A stretch of 64,000 bases of DNA from Callorhinchus milii. Its lineage: Eukaryota. Under the pieces are notes generated by a model that saw nothing but the letters and a program-made list of their open reading frames with translations, was not told the DNA's origin and did not search any database. This document shows, one piece after another, positions 48,590 to 61,090 of the stretch (position 1 is its first letter; every line of letters starts with the position of its first letter). The DNA lies in the NCBI RefSeq assembly GCF_018977255.1, contig NW_024704742.1, positions 120,654,001 through 120,718,000 of the forward strand, read 5' to 3'. The position numbers and the translations under genes are program-made.

Positions 48590-49120
48590 GAGACAGGAAG
48601 GCAGAAAGGCAGAAGAGGGGGAGAAAGAAAGAGGAGAGAGACAGCAAGACAGAGAGAGGGGGAGACATAGAGAGTGGGAGAGAGAGACAGAATGAGGAGG
48701 GAGACAGAGAGAGAATCAGGGAGGGAGATCGGGGGAGAGACACCAAGAGCAGGAGACAATGAGGGAGTGGGAGAGGCAGAAAGAGGGAGAGACAGAGAGT
48801 GGCAGTAGCAGAAAGAGAGAGAAAGAGAGACAGAAGGACGGAAGGAGACAGAGAAAGGGGAGACAGAGAAGAGAGAAAGAAAAAGAGAAAGCAGAAGAAG
48901 AGAGAACGAGAAAAGGAGCAGAGAGAATGGGAGGGAGTCAGAGAGAGAAAGGGAGATAGAGCGGGAGAGACAAGTTTACTCAGTCTCTCGCTTTCTCTTC
49001 ACCCTCCATCCTTCTCTCTCTCTCTGCCTATCTTCCACTCTGCCTCTCTCTTCTCTGTCTCCCTCCCACTGTATCTCTCTCTCTCCCTCACTCCATCTCT
49101 CTCTGTATCACCACCCCTCT
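48590..49120. repeat. low-complexity GA-rich tract followed by CT-rich tract
   Basis: Purine-rich 48590-48972, pyrimidine-rich 48980-49120. Confidence 0.9.
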
Positions 49121-49697
49121 CAGGAATCACAGATAATTTAATGATTTGCGGCTCACATTTCCTCTTTTAGATGGAAATATTGGGTCACAGATTGACTGGT
49201 CACATCTCCTATGTGGCCTTGTGAATATTTTACCTTTTCATTGTTGAACGCCTGGTGTCTCACCTCCATTTTCAGCCATTGACAAACTTTTTTTTCACAA
49301 AGAATTGCTCCCATCTGCCAAAGTGGAAAGCAATCAGAAAGGAACAGATATATGAAAGCTATGAAGTTAGGGAAGAGATTTGAAAAGGTAGAAAATTGGG
49401 AGAAAAAAAGTTACAATTAAGAAAAAGTTCAAGGAAAAAATACAGATGAACAAAAATACATGAGAAAAAGTGGTTGAAAAGGAAAAATGTTGCTCAGGCC
49501 CAAAATGTTAACCTATATTTCTTCTCAAGATGTTGAATGACCGGCTGGAGTTTTAGCATTTTCTGTTATTGAGATCTGAAAAACTGCCCTTTTGAAAGAG
49601 ATTTCTTGATCAGAACTCCAAGCTGCTAATAGACTCACAGGAATTCCTCTCCAATGTCATCTGGATTCATTCCTGCAGGTCTATGTGACAGGTCTTG

Positions 49698-50027
49698 GGA
49701 GTCCTGTAGCTCAGTGGTTAGGGCACTCGCTTTGCAAGCGAGAGACCTGGGTTTGATTCCCGGCAGGGTGAAACCTTGGGCAAGTTTCCTTACTCCACAC
49801 GCCTGATAATAATCCTTAAAAAAATCAATAATAAATTGGTCATTTCAATCCACGACTGTTTGTGGGACACTGCTTTGAGCAATTAGCTGCTGCATTTCGC
49901 CCACAAATATACAGTCAATTCACTTTACGGTCTATTCTCTGAAGCGCTTTGAGACATCCAGAAGACGTGCAAAGCGCTATATCAAATGCAAGGATTATTA
50001 TTTATTATTATTATGATTATTATTATA
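49698..50027 (+). mobile_element. tRNA(Ala)-derived SINE, short form
   Basis: Complete copy with TGC anticodon arm. Confidence 0.92.
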
Positions 50028-50489
50028 TGGGTATGAAGGAGAAGGGAATAGAAGGGTATGAAAGGGAATAAGGAGAAGGTAGAGATCCACGTGGGGTATA
50101 AACGCTGGCACAGACGCGTTGTGCTGAATAGCCTGTTTCTATGCCGTACAGCCTAAGTAAATCTATGTAAATCTGTAGTTCCATCTACTGGAATTGATCG
50201 CCATTCCCAAGATGGAGTCCTAAATAAGAAACCCCATTTGCAATTTAAACCCCATGATTTCAGATTTATAGAATTTTCCACTTTTTTGTATCTTTCTGAA
50301 AATAATGCTAACATGTTGAACATAGGCAATGTTTTAATGATAATTTAAAAACAAAATCATTATTTTTATGTTCATTTCAGTGACCTTTGGATTAACAATA
50401 CAATATCAAAGCTGCTTTTAATAGTTTGTCAGCACCGCAGTATGTAAGCTCAAACTGTACAGAGACATGACATTCCTGTCAGTCTGAAG

Positions 50490-50800
50490 GTTAAGAGTTA
50501 TTGATGGGGTAAAAGAACTGGCTGACATGAAAGAAGAAATTGAACTTCTTCGAGGCAACTTTAGGCATGGAGATGATATAAGCATCCCATTTGAAGCCAA
50601 ACAACATGGTGAGGCCAAGGATGTCAACAGATGAAAAAGGATTAAAAGTGGAGCTCTCAAAAGAGTGAGCTGGTCCGATTTGTAAGAGACATGAAGAAAC
50701 AGTTTTTCTTGAATTGAAAAGAAATGAGATTTTTATCGCCCATTGAAAGGTAGTGATGAGATCAAGATTGGATGATTCAGCAATTGTTCTGTCACTGGAA
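50490..50800 (-). mobile_element. ancient LINE ORF2 fragment (CR1 group, Crack/Daphne-like)
   Basis: AESSNLDLITTFQWAIKISFLFNSRKT...ILGLTMLFGFKWDAYIISMPKVASKK, resembling post-YADD RT motifs (DL..I..W.....FN..KT; ILG......W..YI......ASKK). Confidence 0.65.
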
Positions 50801-51631
50801 TGAAAGTTGTGTGCATTTAATGGGTGCAAGTCTTAAGAAAGCTGACAAATGTTGTCCAAAGTGATTGCTTAGGGTGGCTGTTGTTCTTCTCTCCAGTATA
50901 CACTATAATATTACAATTACTTATATTACTTATGCCATTAAACCATAATATATAATTAAATAAATTATGTTGTCTCATGTACACTTTAGACATAAATCCT
51001 TTCCAAGACTTCAGTTAGTTAATGGCACTGTTCTCAACTCTGAATCTATTGGTTATGTGTCAAGTTTAAAATCATGCTCTTTTATTCCATGAAATCTTTC
51101 ATTTGAAGTGCTGAATGACTGACTGTAATGAGAAAGCACAAATAAAGTTCATCTGCACAATTACTCAAAGTTTGGATTAAAAGTAAATTATTTATATGTC
51201 GTCATGATCTCTTGCAACCTATTTATTATTTTGGCATCTACATTGCTACCAGACACACCCTCATATAAATTGCAGAGATATTTAGTGGAATGTAATGCAC
51301 ACTCTCTCCCTGGAGGGACACATCCTGCTTACCTGATTCGGAAAGTATTAGGTGCAGGTTGGCAAGAGCCAAGGCTTGGGGACCCCAGAATATGTGTTGA
51401 AGTACTGCTGGACTCCAATCAGCTAAAATTGCACAGCTTACCATTGAAAGCATTGTCTGGCAAGCTTCTTTGCTACTTGTCCAGCTAGGATCATCCTACC
51501 CACTAGAGCTTTGGCTTTCAGGGTTAATGGAAGAATCCCTGCCCCCAGTGACTGGTCTGCTCTTCCAACTCATATTTATGAGACAGGCTGGTCGGCCTGT
51601 CATCAGTAATTCCCTGGGGTACTGCACCCGA

Positions 51632-51890
51632 TTCTTGGGTTTGATTCCCGGCAGGGCGAAACCTTGGGCAAGTTTCCTTGCTCCACACCCTGATAATAAT
51701 CCCTCAAAAAAAATAATAAATTGGTCATTTTCAATTCACGACTGTTTGTGGGATACTGCTGTGCGCAATTGGCTGCCGTATTTTGCCCACAAATATACAG
51801 TCAATTCACTTTACAGTCTATTCTGTGAAGCGCTTTGAGACATCTAGAAGATATGAAAAGCGCTATATCAAATGCAAGTATTATTATTAT
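51632..51890 (+). mobile_element. 5'-truncated short-form SINE
   Basis: Starts at the B box; body and tail intact. Confidence 0.9.
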
Positions 51891-53549
51891 TTTTCGTAAA
51901 TAGAATAGTTGTTCTATAGTATAAATATCATGCTGTTCTCTTGAACAGCCAATTAATGTCAATGATAAAGTAACTATAAATTGCCCATTTTAACAATAAA
52001 ATTCCAATATAATTTCTCAACATATTTTACAGAACATTGAGTTATTCGACCATTTGAGTCATTTAAATCACCCGTCCTGTAAGATGGAAGAGGTTGTTTT
52101 GCATTATATTATTTTACAGCAGCTATTAATTGCACAATCTCTGAAAGGATAAAATAATTTAGAAGAAACATTTTAATGCTTTTTTGTGGAGTTATCAATA
52201 ATCGTTACCCACTAATAATGCAGTGTTATTTTCTTTCGTGAGCTATGACCCAAACAAGCTCATCGCACATGTATGGCAGTTTTGCTTAAGGTGAACACAC
52301 ATGGCATGTTAACTGGTGAGTGGTATCACTGAAATCTACATTCCATATTGGATCCTTTAGTTGCAGGCAAAGCTGTAACATGTACAGCTAGTAATAATAT
52401 ATTATAATAAAATGCAATAATTCTTGCCCACAAAATATACAGTCAATTCACTTTACAGTATATTCTGTGAAGCGCTTTGAGACGTCTCGAAGACGAGATA
52501 AGGCGCTATATCAAATGCAAGGATTATTATTATTATTTATTGAAGTTTCTGCCACTTTCTCCTCTGCGCAGTACATCTTTTGATGATTTAGAAAACTGAT
52601 TGATATTTACTTTCTTACTTGCAGAAATATCTTGTGGCAATTCCCAAATGATAATTGTAATCAATCTGCCTGGTTTTGATTTTCTAAAGATTCCAATCAG
52701 CAATTCTTCTGATAGACACGTTATTGCTTTAACCCCCACAACACAATAATGTGCTCCCTGTAGAATGAACTGACATTGAGACATTGTCAAAGAAAGGCTC
52801 CATATTCATGTAATTTTACAAAGATTTGGAAAGGACAAAAGGTTGTGCTTTTGGAGACATGAAGACTTAATAAGGTAGCTGAATAGTGGAGCGAGAGTAA
52901 TGAGCGCAAGTTAAAACCACATTGCAGGAATACGTGGAAAATAGACAAATAAGAAGGACAATGGAAGAACTGGTATCGGAACTATGCTGAGAAAACACAA
53001 TTCATCTGAATTTGTTACAAATACTTTATCACTTAGACTACAAGCAGTGAAATGTATACATATCACATTCGGCTTTCTCCCTATTGACCTTGATCACATA
53101 TAAAAGAGTTGTAAGTACTCTGTGATTGAACTGTACTTGCTAGAGTTAGTTAATAATTTATCACTGTTATCAATTCACTGCTACTTGTAATGCTTAAACA
53201 TGCATTAGATTATATTCTTTGACATTTAGATATTGAAACTGCTGATGAAATGGCTGAATGTCTGACTGTTTCAATTCAATATCAGTTTCAAGTCATCTCT
53301 TTGTTTACCTGAGCCAAATCTCAGTTCTCTCCTCCCCAAGATTTAGTGATATTTTCAAACCCTTCCCCTCCAAACCCCTGCTCGCCTCAAATCGTATGCT
53401 CCCACCTATTTCAAAGCCTCTTCTGCTTTTCCTTCCAAGGCCATTTGCTGCTGTCTCTTCATCTCACAGTGACAGAAAATACTACAAAGTAATGCACTCT
53501 ATTCATTTTTAGCATCAATAAAGAATTTCACTGACACAAAGAATATGCC

Positions 53550-53745
53550 CTGATGGCACATTTCCTATGAAACTGAATAGCATTGGAGATGGAGGGAAAT
53601 TAGTGATAATGGAGGAACTGATTGACGGTGGATAAGAAGCAGACATGAGAAAGTTCTTTACTGGGGGAACTGCTTCAAAAACGGGGGAGATATTAAAGTG
53701 ATGACTCAGGGGTGTGTACTGGGACCCCTCCTGTTTTATCTAATT
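53550..53745 (+). mobile_element. old CR1 RT fragment
   Basis: CAGGGGTGTGTACTGGGACCCCTCCTGTTT encodes QGCVLGPLLF. Confidence 0.6.
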
Positions 53746-55057
53746 ATTTATTAATTAATCTGTAATAATTTTATTAGTGTTCAGTTTTTCCGCTTTTCCC
53801 ATTTATTTCACTTTATCTTTCTTGATTTCATTGAATGCGTTGTTTTTTTTTTACTGTATCTCGTATATAGTGGTTCTGCTAGGAAATCATAAATGCCTTG
53901 CAGAACTGAATGTTACGGTGCCAGATTATAATTCAATCGTAAATCAATTCCTTCACTAAAGGACAAAATTGTTAGAATTGAGAGACTCTGTTTGTTGATA
54001 GACGTACCGTTTTACATTAGGTTTCATTCTGGGAACTTTTGTTTCAGATGTCACTAAGAAAATGAACCATGACCTCAGCTAGGTAATGTGTAGATCACTG
54101 AAACTGTCACTTTACTGTCTAGTTGTGCCTTTCACAACAATTCAACTGATACTGTGATGCCAACTTACTCTTCTTTTCCCTCCATTCTCTTTTCTTTTTT
54201 ATTGTAGCGGGAACTCGGACCACAGGGCAGGAAGGTGCCTTCTTATGGAGGTGACAACACCCCGTATCTGTCTGGTGTGCTGGAGCCTGGCTGAGAAGGG
54301 TGGATACCTTCTTCAGATCATAACATCAGCTAATTCTGAAATGAGTTCAGCATCCGTGGAATCTAGTATCTTCCTAGTAACCCTTTTCTTGCTATTCATT
54401 GATGTTCTGTAGAGAAAAACTGTACTTGCATAAAATACTTGTCTGTTCTAAAATTGCCTTCACAATCCTGACCATAGCCCTCTTGTCCTGCTGCCTTGGC
54501 TTATTCTAAATCTTTATCAAACAATTTATAAGTTATCAAACAAGGTAATAAAGACAATGCAATGGAGTCTGACAAAGTGTTCCTGAGGTAAGAGGTAATG
54601 TTTATTGTGCCTGGCAGCTAGTAAAAAAAGGTTGATCCTGTGATGGGTAGATGTTAACATGGGTTTTCCGGATGGATGATATCAAATGGGCTGAAGAGCC
54701 TTCTTCATCCAAACCGACCTTATAAAAAAAAACATAAATTGTGTTGTCTGTATTGTCTGTATCCACATTGCTCTGTGCTTCAAGTTGACATACAAAGATC
54801 TTGTTCAGCAAAGAGCTTGGAATGGAGCCAAAGTCTATAGCGGTAGAAAATGCTATTTGAATTGCAATGGGTATTATTTGATGTCAAAGTGCCAGTTTCA
54901 TCATCTCTTTCAAGATCAGTGCTACTTCAATCCCATTAAGAGTTTTTCAAAATACAACTAAATGCAACAATGGGAGAGTTGATGTACTGAAAGAACGAAT
55001 GCTGGAGATTTCAATGCCATTTTTTCATCTGACAACTCTTAACCTATGTTACACCCT

Positions 55058-55230
55058 GGATAGAAATTCCACCTTGTTCTAGATTTACTCTATTTAATTT
55101 AAATTTAAAAAAAGAACTACAGTAAACTAACATCAACGTTAAAACTGACAACATTAATAATTTGTCAAATTATGGATGGTCTAAAATGCCATATGAACAG
55201 AGTAAATCTAGACTGAGTTGGAATTTCTCC
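55058..55230. mobile_element. MITE-like element with ~33-bp imperfect terminal inverted repeats
   Basis: AGAAATTCCA..TCTAGATTTACTCT versus AGAGTAAATCTAGA..TGGAATTTCT. Related degenerate copy at ~63310-63484. Confidence 0.65.
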
Positions 55231-56509
55231 ACACATCAGTGCCTCGCTGAAATCAGGACTTAGTAACATGGAGGATCGTGGGTATGCCTCAACCCAACAG
55301 ACCTCACCAATCTCATTTAGAAATGGACACAATATAAAGCATAGTCTATAATTAATAACATGTGCTATTTGTCCAGGTTCTGGCGCCCTGTGTGGCTTTA
55401 TATTTGAATTGAGCGCACGTATTCAACTCCATGGAGGTACTTGTAACACTTGTCTTCTCAGTATTGGATCCCACAAGTAGGGGGATCCTCCACCTTAAGG
55501 AACTTATCTGTAGTATTGTTATTTGTTTTATTATTTGTTTTATTAACCTAAAAATGATGAGTGGACCTACAAGGATTTGAACCCTTCCTGGTCTCGTGCT
55601 CAACTAACTGAATTACCCAGTAGTCACACATTAATATACTAAACATTCAATCTTGAGAGCTTATTCCCACCTCAGACAGATACTTTGAGCGGTAAAACTC
55701 TTAAATTAATATAAAGGAAAGTAAAATACTTCTCAAGGCTAACAACTTTGAACCATTCATCCCAGTAGGATTATGCGGAGAAATGATTTGCTACCTGGAA
55801 GCAAAAGAAAGAAGGAAATATATCAAACTGATTCATTTATTGTCACTCATTGCCACTGGCCCCTGCAATGCCAGAGTTACTGGTTAAACTGGCATCTGTA
55901 GGAATCCTGTTTAGTTCCACAATTCCTTCCTATTCATTGTCATTCCTTTCATGAGTTTATAAATATTAGTGCCTTTGAGCTCTTGATCCCTTGTGCTTTA
56001 AAGCAATTAGCCACTTATTATAAATCCTCCAATGGCAAAAGTATTGATTTCTCCTGAGATAAGTAAATGAATACTGAACCATCACAAGTACTTGACTTTG
56101 CATTCAGTCTAAAATAAATATGTGAAATATACGATAGAGGGATAAAGGAGAAAACAAAGGTATCTCCATTCCTTCAAAAGTTGGAACTTTAGCACTTGGG
56201 ACCTTATCAGATGTACCGGCACTCCAAAATTTAATCACAGAGACACAAAGGAAGACCATGCTTGTTGACCATAACATTCATACAAGTCACCCAGAGGACT
56301 GTATGAAAGAGATAGTAGAGAGACTTAGTTATGGAAGCTCAAGGAAAATGATAAAGAGGTCCTTGGCAAATAGCCGACATTGATAACTTGACACCTCACA
56401 GGAATCAAAACATGAGGTTCTAAGGGATCTGTGGAAAACAAGCTTAGGATAGTTTGGGGATATAAGGAAGAGCTTTTTCCAGTAATCGTTGGGAGATGAA
56501 GGGAGAAAT

Positions 56510-56620
56510 TAAGAGCTGAGAGGGAGCTGAAGGGAGAATGTGGGAGCCGAAGTGAGAATGTGGTAGATGAAGGGAGAATGTAGGAGCAGAGAGGGAGCTG
56601 AAGGAAGCTGATGGGAGCAG
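56510..56620. repeat. short degenerate tandem repeat (GAGGGAGCTGAAGGGAGAATGT)
   Basis: About four diverged copies visible. Confidence 0.7.
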
Positions 56621-56635
56621 AACAGTCTGAGAATG

Positions 56636-56890
56636 TAATAATAATAATACTCCTTGCATTTGATATAGCACTTTTCACATCTTCTAGATGTCTCAAAGCG
56701 CTTCACAGAATAATAATAATAATAATAATAATCCTTGCATTTGATATAGCGCTTTTCATGTCTTCTAGACGTCCCAAAGCGTTTCACAGAATATACTGTA
56801 AAGTGAATTGACTGTATATTTGTGGGCGAACGCGGCAGCCAATTGCGCACAGCAATGTCCCACAAACAGCTGTGGATTGAATGACCAAAT
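56636..56890 (-). mobile_element. SINE 3' half with tandem double tail (another 3' half at 57447-57610)
   Basis: (AAT)n CCTTGCATTTGATATAGC...TTCACAGAAT occurs twice. Confidence 0.9.
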
Positions 56891-57038
56891 TGTTAATTTA
56901 TTTGTTTTCTATGAGTATGTTCCAATATATATTATATGTATATACATCTGGTATAGTTAATCAAAGGAAATTTATGTAGCATTTCAAAGTGTTTAGAATT
57001 TAGCAAATTCTGACAAATTTGTTCAGTTTTGCAGCTAC

Positions 57039-57329
57039 TTTTTAGCTGCCCCGTATGTATATATATATATAATAAATAGTATATATATAATATGTACTAT
57101 ATGTAGGAGTAGAACAGTCAAAAGGGAAGTCTGAAGGGACAGAACAGTCAGAGAATCCTGACGCAACCCTTACAATTTGTATAGTTTGATCACCTATCCA
57201 TTTGTAATAAAACCTTGAGTCTAATACTCTACATTTCGAGTATATCTGTTGTTCAGCACCGAACGTGTAAGCCCTTCGGAAGGTAAGGGGATGAAGTTGA
57301 CAGACCTCACAAAACGGGGCAGCTAAAAA
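57039..57329. mobile_element. 291-bp non-autonomous element with perfect 16-bp inverted termini
   Basis: TTTTTAGCTGCCCCGT (57039-57054) and ACGGGGCAGCTAAAAA (57314-57329), with an internal (TA)n tract. Confidence 0.75.
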
Positions 57330-58294
57330 ATAACATTTCACAATTAGACTTAGAAATGGTACCAGAATACAAAACATAATAAACTGAATATAAAACTCAA
57401 TTTGCTCCAATTGACTATGTCCATATCTGAATGAGTGCAGGTTTATTTAATAATAATAATTATTGGATTTGATATAGTGCCTTATCACGTGATTGAGACA
57501 TCTCAAAGCACTTCACAGGATATACTGCAAAGTGAATTGACTGTATATTTTGTGGGCGAAACGGGACAGTCAATTGCGCACAGCAATGTCCCACAAACAG
57601 TTATGGATTTAGTAACAAAATTTTGATCGACCTGTTATAATCCATATTAACAAATAATTAAGTTAGACCTTAATTAATGCTGCAGCATCACACTGAAGAG
57701 TGGATGTAGGTGCTTGAAACATTACAAATGTGATTGAGTTTATACTGTTACTAAAATTATTTTGCTATCAAAATATTATGAGGTAGCAGTGCAGATTTGA
57801 CACATCACAACCAATTACTGTTTAAATCCAAAGATAAATACAAAACAAGAAATCGACAACTCACCTTACAGTTGTTTAGATGCAACAACAAAAACATTTA
57901 CGGTAGAAAGGGTAATGCAGGAAGGGCAATTTACTAGAAAATCTCAATTCACTCTTTATTCATCATATAGCCAATTCTAATGCTTCAACCACAGATCCTG
58001 CTCAGAACAGCTAATTCAGTTCAAACTGGGATTCATAATTGGAAACTTCTAGTTAATATAGTTTGGTGCTACAGCAGGTGATGCTATTATTGATTGCGCA
58101 ATTCCTCTGTATCCAACCGACCTCTGAATTTTGCAATTATAATTTCTCTAATTTCTGCTTTATCACTTTGTTCTGATGTACACTCCCAATAGCCAAGAGT
58201 GCCATCTGGCATTTCCAACACCCAGATGGAAGAATAAATTAACTTGAGCAGCCTTTCTATTTCCCACCTCAGGACTTTGAACTCACATGGTCTA

Positions 58295-58548
58295 GGCTAC
58301 ACTGATACTCCAAGGCATCGCTGCTGATGCTTTGCATTTTTGGAGGTGCATTACATTGGAATAGATGTTAAACCATAGGCTTGCTTGCCAGTTCAGGTGG
58401 ACTTTAAAAATCCTTTGTCACTAGTCAAAAAGAGAAGGAATTGGTGTCTTGGCTAACAATCCCCCAAATAAAATTGTTCGTTGACATCATGGCTGTTTGC
58501 AAGGCATTTCTGTGGGCAAATGGGCTGCTGTGTTAGCTTACAAATATA
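58295..58548 (+). mobile_element. old Deu-domain SINE (another at ~44690-44975)
   Basis: GATGTTAAACC...TTCAGGTGGACTTTAAAAATCC...GGCTGTTTGC...GGCTGCTGTGTT. Confidence 0.65.
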
Positions 58549-58549
58549 A

Positions 58550-58868
58550 AACAGCCAACCTGGCTCATCAGCAGGATCTGGAAAGGCAGACCAGTCACTG
58601 ATGGTAGGGAGTCAGCTCATTCCTCTCCTGTTAACCTGAAAGCCAAAGCCCTAACTGGTAGGGTGGTCGTAGCTGGACAAGCAGCTGGAAAGCATCAATG
58701 GCAAGCTATACGGCTTTAGCTGGTTAGACACAGCAGTACCCCAAGCACACTCTGGGGTCCCCAAGCCTAGGCTCTTGTCAACTTGTGCCTAATATTTTCC
58801 GAAATTAGGTAAGCGGATGCGTCCCTTTAGGGAGAGAGTGCACTTTCCATTCCAACAATCTATCTCTG
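58550..58868 (+). repeat. unclassified interspersed repeat (other copies 2753-2975 +, 4340-4665 +, 15303-15478 -, 51270-51628 -, 60115-60343 +)
   Basis: Shared blocks AAAGCCCTAA..AGCTGGACAAG, CTCTGGGGTCCCCAAGCC, CCTAATACTTTC..AGGTAAGC..GGGAGAGAGTG and TTTGGATACTCTTAAGCA.GGTGATG. Confidence 0.85.
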
Positions 58869-60820
58869 GGATAATATAGCCAATAAATTACTAGGGTTAC
58901 TTAATATGCTAATAGAATCAGAGGGAAAATCAACACTGAGCCATTATTGGAGCTCCGAAAATTGTGAGTTCCCAAATGTGGGGCATGAACCCACGACTTT
59001 CTGACTCAGAGCCAGCATAATGCCTAATATGAAAGAAAAGTGTATCGTAATCAGCTGCGAAAACGTAGAAGGTAATATTTGTATTCATTGACTCTTCAAA
59101 TCGGCTTTTCATTCTAGAGTTTTGATTGATATTCTAGAGAGCAGTGGAGAGTGCTTAGTAGAATTGCTGCAGCCAATGTCATTATACTGTAACTGATTGC
59201 AGCCTCAGATATTCTGTAGCAGAATCTATATGGGTATAGGTTAAAGGGAAATCATCTCCCGAGTGCACAATATGATATATTCTAGATCGAAATTATTTAC
59301 AGCTTCTGCCACTGTTTTTTCCCTAATACCAGCAGTAAATGGTCACACTTGGTTTTAGATGCCATCCTGCCTGAAATATGTAACAATATATCAGTGGACG
59401 TAAGGAACATCTGGCCCTGCAGGAAAGCATGAATCAGATACGATGAAAGACAAACATGAAGAACTCATATTACCATGAATTCAGAGTCTGGAGCCCTCAT
59501 CTGCTCTATCTGATTCAAGAGGAAGAATTAAATACAAATTACTGGTCACTGAAGCATTTATTTTCAAACATTGCAAAGATGTTTAAGCAAGAAAATCACA
59601 GATGATTTCCCCTGTCCCTTATTCTTTCAAACACAGATTAGATAGTTTTATTTTAGGTAATAACATTATAGGATATAGTACATGGGTAGTTTGGGCAATA
59701 TATGCATGGACCGCCAGGAAGGTGGAAGGCGAAATAGATGAACCATGGTCTTTTTTCGTACAGCATTTCTTATGTTTTTATGTAATATGCCCATGTGGAT
59801 CGTGTCCATTTACCACCTGTCTGGCCACTTGGTACAACATAGAATATCAACATCAACAATTTGCCCTTATATTGCACGTACAAAGGACATCTGATGTTTG
59901 ATAAACATCACATAAAATTAGTTGAAATTGTAATGTTCATGAGAGGATTCATTGAGTCATAAAATGTTAGAGCACAGAAACAGGCCTTTCGGTACATCAA
60001 GTCTGTGCTGGTGATAAAAGTTGGTGTCATCAATAAATTAGGTGTTGGTTCCTCAGTCCGTTAGTGCTCCCAAGTGTTCTCTTGCTCATTTCTGCAGTGT
60101 GAGCTGGTTACATTCTAGCACTACCCCCAGGCAAAAGTTAGGCTTTTGCCAACCTATGAGTAATACTTTCTGGAATCAGGTAAGCAGGTTGCATGCTTCC
60201 AGGGAGAGAGTGTGTATTCCATTCCAGGCACAGGGAAATTTCTATTTGTAGGTGGCATACATATGTGGAACTCTCAGTCTGGTTTGGATACTTTTAAGAA
60301 TTGTGATGAGTTTCCACCTATGTCAGATACTCGGCTGACCAAATATACTTCCATCATTGTCTTATTTTCTTTCTATTACTTTAGTATCTTTGTATTGCTG
60401 TCTGATTGTTTATTTCTAGCTGTCTATTTTTCTTACTCTATTTTGCTTCTTCACTATGCACTTCTTCCCTTATCCACCTCTACTTGTCCCTTGTCAGCTT
60501 CACTTGCCGTATTTTCCAATTCTTGCACTGTTGTCTGGGTATGTTCTTGTGATCTCCTAGGTCTATTCTAACTGATTGGCTTTTTATGACTGATTGGCTC
60601 TGTCAACTCACTGGCATAAAAGCATGAACATCACTGGCACTCACAGCAACCCTGAGGAAAAAATTAGAATGGAATTTACATCAAGACTGTTGCTTGAATT
60701 CAGCCTCCAGCAAAAAGGGAAAATAGGAAAAATACAGGGGAATGATACATATATCTATAAATTTTCAACATAATTAATAATAGCTACAATGAGCTACAGT
60801 GAAGTCCTGTAGCTCAGTGG

Positions 60821-61090
60821 TCAGAGCATTCGCCTCGCAAGCGAGAGACCTGGGTTCGATTCCCAGTAGAACAAACCTTGGGCAAGTTCTTTAGTCCACA
60901 TGCCTGACATAACCTAGGCATCAGGCTTGACACCCAATTATCCTTCCTCCCCCACATCCGGTCCCTCACCAGCACCGTTTTCTTCCACCTCCAACACATC
61001 GCCCGTCTCTGCCAATACCTCTCTCCGAAAGCCGCTGAAACCCTGGTCCATGCCTTTGTCACCTCTCGGCTGGACTATTCAAACTCCCTT
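60821..61090 (+). mobile_element. SINE head (60821-60908) joined to an L2 ORF2 fragment (60910-61090)
   Basis: tRNA head, then [33 protein letters not shown]...LVHAFVTSRLDYSNS. Confidence 0.85.
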
